DNA of 27,264 nucleotides from a virus (taxonomy: Duplodnaviria > Caudoviricetes), in IMG/VR virus record IMGVR_UViG_3300021121_000027, positions 1 to 27,264 of that record; one strand, given 5' to 3'. The notes under the pieces are model-generated. The model ran no database searches and was not told the DNA's origin. It saw only the letters and a program-made list of their open reading frames with translations. Shown piece after piece: positions 25,243 to 27,264 of the stretch. A program made the translations under genes and the position numbers. How positions within the stretch are numbered: the stretch's first letter is position 1; each line of letters starts with the position of its first letter.

Positions 25243-26454
25243 TTAAATTTGTCTTTGTTTATGCCCTAAAAATAATTGGTCAAAAAGATTTCTCTCTTCG
25301 TCCGCGGCACTAGGGCGATATGTACCGCTTTGTTCAACGTCTGTAGTGATGTTTTTTCTTTGCTTTAACATTTCAAGTCTTGTTTGATTTGCCGTTTGGC
25401 TAATCACAGATTGAATTATCTTGTCAAAGTTATCAGCAATATACAAGTCTTTTAAAAGCCTATCAGATTGGTACTTACCATCTTGGTAGTATCTCTCTGC
25501 ATAATATTCCTGTAAGCTTTCTGCAGCATCGCGGTATCTTGAAGCTTCCTGCGCAGGGATTTCAAATTTACCATTGATACTTAAACTTGCCTTGTCGTCC
25601 TTCCAATTAAATTGCAAGGCTCCTAAACGATTCTCTACACCATTTAGACTCTCTAGAAACTTCTGCCTTTCTTCTTGGGCTTCTGCATCTACTTGATTGT
25701 CAACCTGTTGTGTAGGTCTTTCGTACTGCGGAAATTTAATATCCTCAGACATTCTTTCAAAAAACTCTCTTGCCTCAGATACATCATTCTTGATTTTCTG
25801 AGACAATTTTTTTTGTTCTCTTTTGAGCTTGGATTCGTCAAACGCAAACTCATCAATAGAATATTTTTCTTCGTATTCAGCCTGTACATCATCGTTGTCA
25901 AACTCTGGGTTTTGAAACTTAATGTATGACTTTAATACGTCTTCATCAGGTTTGTCTTTAATCTCATCAGCTACCTTTTTATTATAAAGGATTTCTGCCA
26001 CCTCATTAATCTTTCCTTCAGCTATAAGATTATATAATGCCTCTGAGGTTTCGTTTTCAAACTTTACTTGTTGAGCTGCTTGTTCCGCTAATGCTTGTTG
26101 CAACTCTTCCCAAGATGAAAACTGACCATCAGTTCTTTGTTTTATAAAATCATCCTCGTCTAATACCTCATCATCATCATCTGTAGGTAAAGGTTGTTCC
26201 TCTATAATTTCCTCATTTTGTGATTGAGCATCCTCAATTTCTTTTAGTTGCTCAGCTGATAATGTTTTCGCAAACTCTTGCAAAGGGTCTAACTCCTCTG
26301 TAGGTATTTGTGGTTCTACAGGAGTAATTGTATCATCTGCATTTACTGCTGTAGTTGTATCAACTGGGTTTAAACTTGTTTGTTGGTCTGTCGAAGAACT
26401 GGTGCTTTCTTTTTGCTCAGCAGCCCATTGCTGCATGAAGTCTGTGTTTTCCAT
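25243..26454 (-). CDS. Acidic putative capsid scaffolding/assembly protein
   Basis: 403 aa, very D/E-rich, disordered N-terminus then helices; located between portal and capsid genes. Confidence 0.65.
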   Translation of the reverse strand: MENTDFMQQWAAEQKESTSSSTDQQTSLNPVDTTTAVNADDTITPVEPQIPTEELDPLQEFAKTLSAEQLKEIEDAQSQNEEIIEEQPLPTDDDDEVLDEDDFIKQRTDGQFSSWEELQQALAEQAAQQVKFENETSEALYNLIAEGKINEVAEILYNKKVADEIKDKPDEDVLKSYIKFQNPEFDNDDVQAEYEEKYSIDEFAFDESKLKREQKKLSQKIKNDVSEAREFFERMSEDIKFPQYERPTQQVDNQVDAEAQEERQKFLESLNGVENRLGALQFNWKDDKASLSINGKFEIPAQEASRYRDAAESLQEYYAERYYQDGKYQSDRLLKDLYIADNFDKIIQSVISQTANQTRLEMLKQRKNITTDVEQSGTYRPSAADEERNLFDQLFLGHKQRQI

Positions 26455-26492
26455 ATATTTTGTTTTTAGGATTTACTTGTCCGAAACTAACA

Positions 26493-26500
26493 CAAATATA
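26493..26500 (-). promoter_or_regulatory. -7 promoter box (TATATTTG) upstream of the scaffold/capsid unit
   Basis: Exact TAnnTTTG between the portal terminator and the scaffold start; no -33 element at canonical spacing seen. Confidence 0.6.
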
Positions 26501-26528
26501 AGGATTTTTATATTACAAAATTTTTTAT

Positions 26529-26561
26529 AAAAAAAAAGGGCACGGTAGAAACCGCACCCCC
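26529..26561 (-). terminator. Intrinsic terminator after the portal gene
   Basis: GGGTGCGG-TTTCTA-CCGTGCCC-TTTTTTTTT on the minus strand (two G-U pairs). Confidence 0.8.
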
Positions 26562-26595
26562 TTCAGCCATGAAAACACACACAAAGAAAGCTATG

Positions 26596-27264
26596 TTATT
26601 CAGAACCCTGTTCAGGCTCTTGAGATTGTTCTTGTTGTTGTGCTTCCTGTTGTTGTGCTTGTTGTTGAGTCATCGCCTCTTGCTGTTGCTTTTGCATTTT
26701 CTCTTGAACGGCTGTGCCCAAAATAGAATCAGCAAGTTGCTTTATTTCATCTGGTAATGGTTGTCCTGTTTTTAAAGACTCCATATACATAGTTGTTGCA
26801 AACTTAATTAACTCTAATTCTTTATCAGAATCTCCCTTAGTCTTATTAACTGCCATTTTACCTTGAGACTCAAGTTGGGTAAGCTGAGCGTCTTGTTGCA
26901 TTTTTTGTTGAGAAGCCTGAGCCTGAATCTGAGCATTCATTTGGCTATTCTTTTGAGCAGCCTCCTCAGCTTCTTTTTTAGCCCTCTTCATACTCTTAGC
27001 TAAATACAACTCAGCTAATTTAACATCCTCAATATTCTTAATCTTAAAGACCTGCTCGTATGTAATACCACCTGCCTGTAAAGCCTGCATCATTAAGTTG
27101 TTTAACTCTGCCTTCTTTTGTTCGTCAGGTAACATCTCAACCTTAACATCAAAGGTCATATCTAAAAGACTTAGGTCATAACCTTCCATCTCCTTATATT
27201 TGGTAGCCTTGAATACAACTGAATCCCACAACATCATAGAAACCTTTTCTGTTGTTTCTTCCAT
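26596..27264 (-). CDS. Portal protein, C-terminal part (true start probably beyond the right edge)
   Basis: FDVKVEMLPDEQKKAELNNLMMQAL...IKNIEDVKLAELYL followed by a Q-rich coiled coil, matching the C-terminal portal region of crAss-like-related phages; upstream of scaffold and capsid. Confidence 0.78.
   Translation of the reverse strand: MEETTEKVSMMLWDSVVFKATKYKEMEGYDLSLLDMTFDVKVEMLPDEQKKAELNNLMMQALQAGGITYEQVFKIKNIEDVKLAELYLAKSMKRAKKEAEEAAQKNSQMNAQIQAQASQQKMQQDAQLTQLESQGKMAVNKTKGDSDKELELIKFATTMYMESLKTGQPLPDEIKQLADSILGTAVQEKMQKQQQEAMTQQQAQQQEAQQQEQSQEPEQGSE

Noticed and set aside
25689-25901. 70-aa alternate-frame ORF inside the scaffold gene
   Set aside because: Fully nested; its R/K/M/L-rich composition is what the off-frame reading of an acidic gene gives, with no supporting signals.
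160-26757. Short plus-strand ORFs in the track (for example 160..345, 2734..2946, 7778..8053, 8909..9160, 23313..23507, 25675..25929, 26569..26757)
   Set aside because: They lie antisense to long, coherent minus-strand genes and show no protein-like features; treated as shadow ORFs.
1-27264. Stop-codon reassignment as in some crAss-like phages
   Set aside because: Genes are full length in the standard code, and TAG acts as a true stop at 16453 and 22556 with the next gene or a terminator following.

Overview
The window is an AT-rich, densely packed virion morphogenesis module of a tailed dsDNA phage, with all credible genes on the minus strand in the standard genetic code. Gene order and motifs fit a podovirus-type, crAss-like-related phage, and TAnnTTTG promoter boxes with A-rich, SD-less starts point to a Bacteroidota host. 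In transcription order (right to left): portal C-terminus, acidic scaffold-like protein, major capsid protein, a conserved post-capsid protein, three ring/adaptor proteins, a large tail stabilisation protein, four probable ejection/cargo proteins interrupted by a divergent PurD-like ATP-grasp enzyme and a 50-aa basic protein, two small virion proteins, a 1527-aa repetitive tail fibre with an S74 chaperone, a GIY-YIG/NUMOD homing endonuclease, a small acidic protein and a truncated signal-peptide protein. The most striking unexplained elements are non-coding: a ~420-nt densely folded RNA-like element (7220-7640) with its own promoter, complementary 7-nt loops and switchable terminator folds, and an array of different palindromic/repeat cassettes mostly joined by CAAGTT (23539-23781). 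All calls come from reading motifs and context by eye; no searches or folding programs were run.
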